A stretch of 47,560 bases of DNA from Candidatus Zhuqueibacterota bacterium (GTDB taxonomy: Bacteria; BS750m-G25): positions 1-47,560 of the forward strand of contig JADHWK010000015.1 in the NCBI GenBank assembly GCA_016783505.1. The letters run 5' to 3'. Position numbers and translations under genes: made by a program. Positions 46,961 through 47,560 of this stretch are shown one piece after another; positions within the stretch are counted from its first letter, which is position 1; each line of letters opens with the position of its first letter. The notes under the pieces were generated by a model. It saw only the letters and a list, made by a program, of their open reading frames with translations, had not been told where the DNA came from and did not search any database.

Positions 46961-47560
46961 ATGTCCGATGCAGCTAAATCCATAGCTTTTCTTCTCGCAT
47001 CTGGATTTACCCTCTGGCTCTTTCTCGGCCTTCTTCCCCAGATCCTTCTGGTTTTAAGAAAGCAAAGGGAGGAGAAGGAGGAAAGGGAACGACAATTCTG
47101 GCGTCGTTACCGGGAAAAAGAGATCATCAAGAAGGTCCTACAAGAAGAGAAGATAAGGGAGGAAAAGACTCTCAGGCGGCCTGGCCCGCCCCCCGAAACC
47201 CCAACACCCCTAAAAATCATACCATCAATACCTGAAAAGAAGGTTGAAGAGCCTGCTGGGGACCAGATCAGACAAAAAATCCCAGGACGCCGTCGTATTC
47301 TGGTAGTGGACGATGAGAGTGAGATGCTTGAGCTCATGAAAGACATGCTTGAAATAGAGGACTTTGACATTCAAACGGCCGCCAATGGGCAAGAAGCCCT
47401 GGATGTCTTTGGCCAATTTGAGCCGGAGCTTGTTGTGACGGACATCCGCATGGTGGGGCTTGACGGGTTTGACTTTGTGGCCCAGGCCCGAAGGATGAAA
47501 CCGGATATTATGGTCATCTACGTAAGCGCCTGGTTCACGGACATTGAGATCTGCAAAAAA
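46961..47560 (+). CDS. Membrane-anchored response-regulator receiver protein, 3'-truncated by the window edge (absent from the ORF track)
   Basis: Open frame MSDAAKSIAFLLASGFTLWLFLGLLPQILLVL, charged/Pro linker, then RILVVDDE...LVVTDIRMVGLDG...VIYVSA. Confidence 0.85.
   Translation, partial: MSDAAKSIAFLLASGFTLWLFLGLLPQILLVLRKQREEKEERERQFWRRYREKEIIKKVLQEEKIREEKTLRRPGPPPETPTPLKIIPSIPEKKVEEPAGDQIRQKIPGRRRILVVDDESEMLELMKDMLEIEDFDIQTAANGQEALDVFGQFEPELVVTDIRMVGLDGFDFVAQARRMKPDIMVIYVSAWFTDIEICKK

Overview
Bacterial chromosomal window with every supported intact gene on the + strand. T9SS/FlgD-type C-terminal sorting domains and a PorZ-like protein point to an FCB-group organism (KSB1/Calditrichota/Zixibacteria-like; inference). 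Gene order: two CTD-bearing secreted proteins; a mosaic surface-glycan locus (methyltransferases, GT2/GT4, Wzx flippase, deacetylase); porZ-like; mce-megL; cNMP-binding protein and uvrC; PadR/4Fe-4S membrane protein/MFS; purL; a ~12 kb cluster of ECF sigma, HEAT-repeat anti-sigma, two Omp85-like barrels with no recognisable POTRA domains, three DUF4097 beta-solenoids, a toast-rack protein and a DUF5916 protein; tRNA-Val(GAC); thrS-infC-rpmI-rplT-pheS-pheT-zapB-zapA-6S RNA-rny; folD; and a truncated membrane-anchored receiver protein. The intergenic DNA holds most of the unexplained structure. Two single genes are each followed by a decayed copy of the 3' end of the gene upstream of them. A partial tRNA-Val has its anticodon arm swapped for a palindrome. 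There are inverted-repeat-flanked four-helix-bundle gene remnants, at least three dispersed REP-like repeat families that nest in one another, and a MITE-like element that splits one repeat copy. All calls come from reading the sequence by eye; no searches were run.
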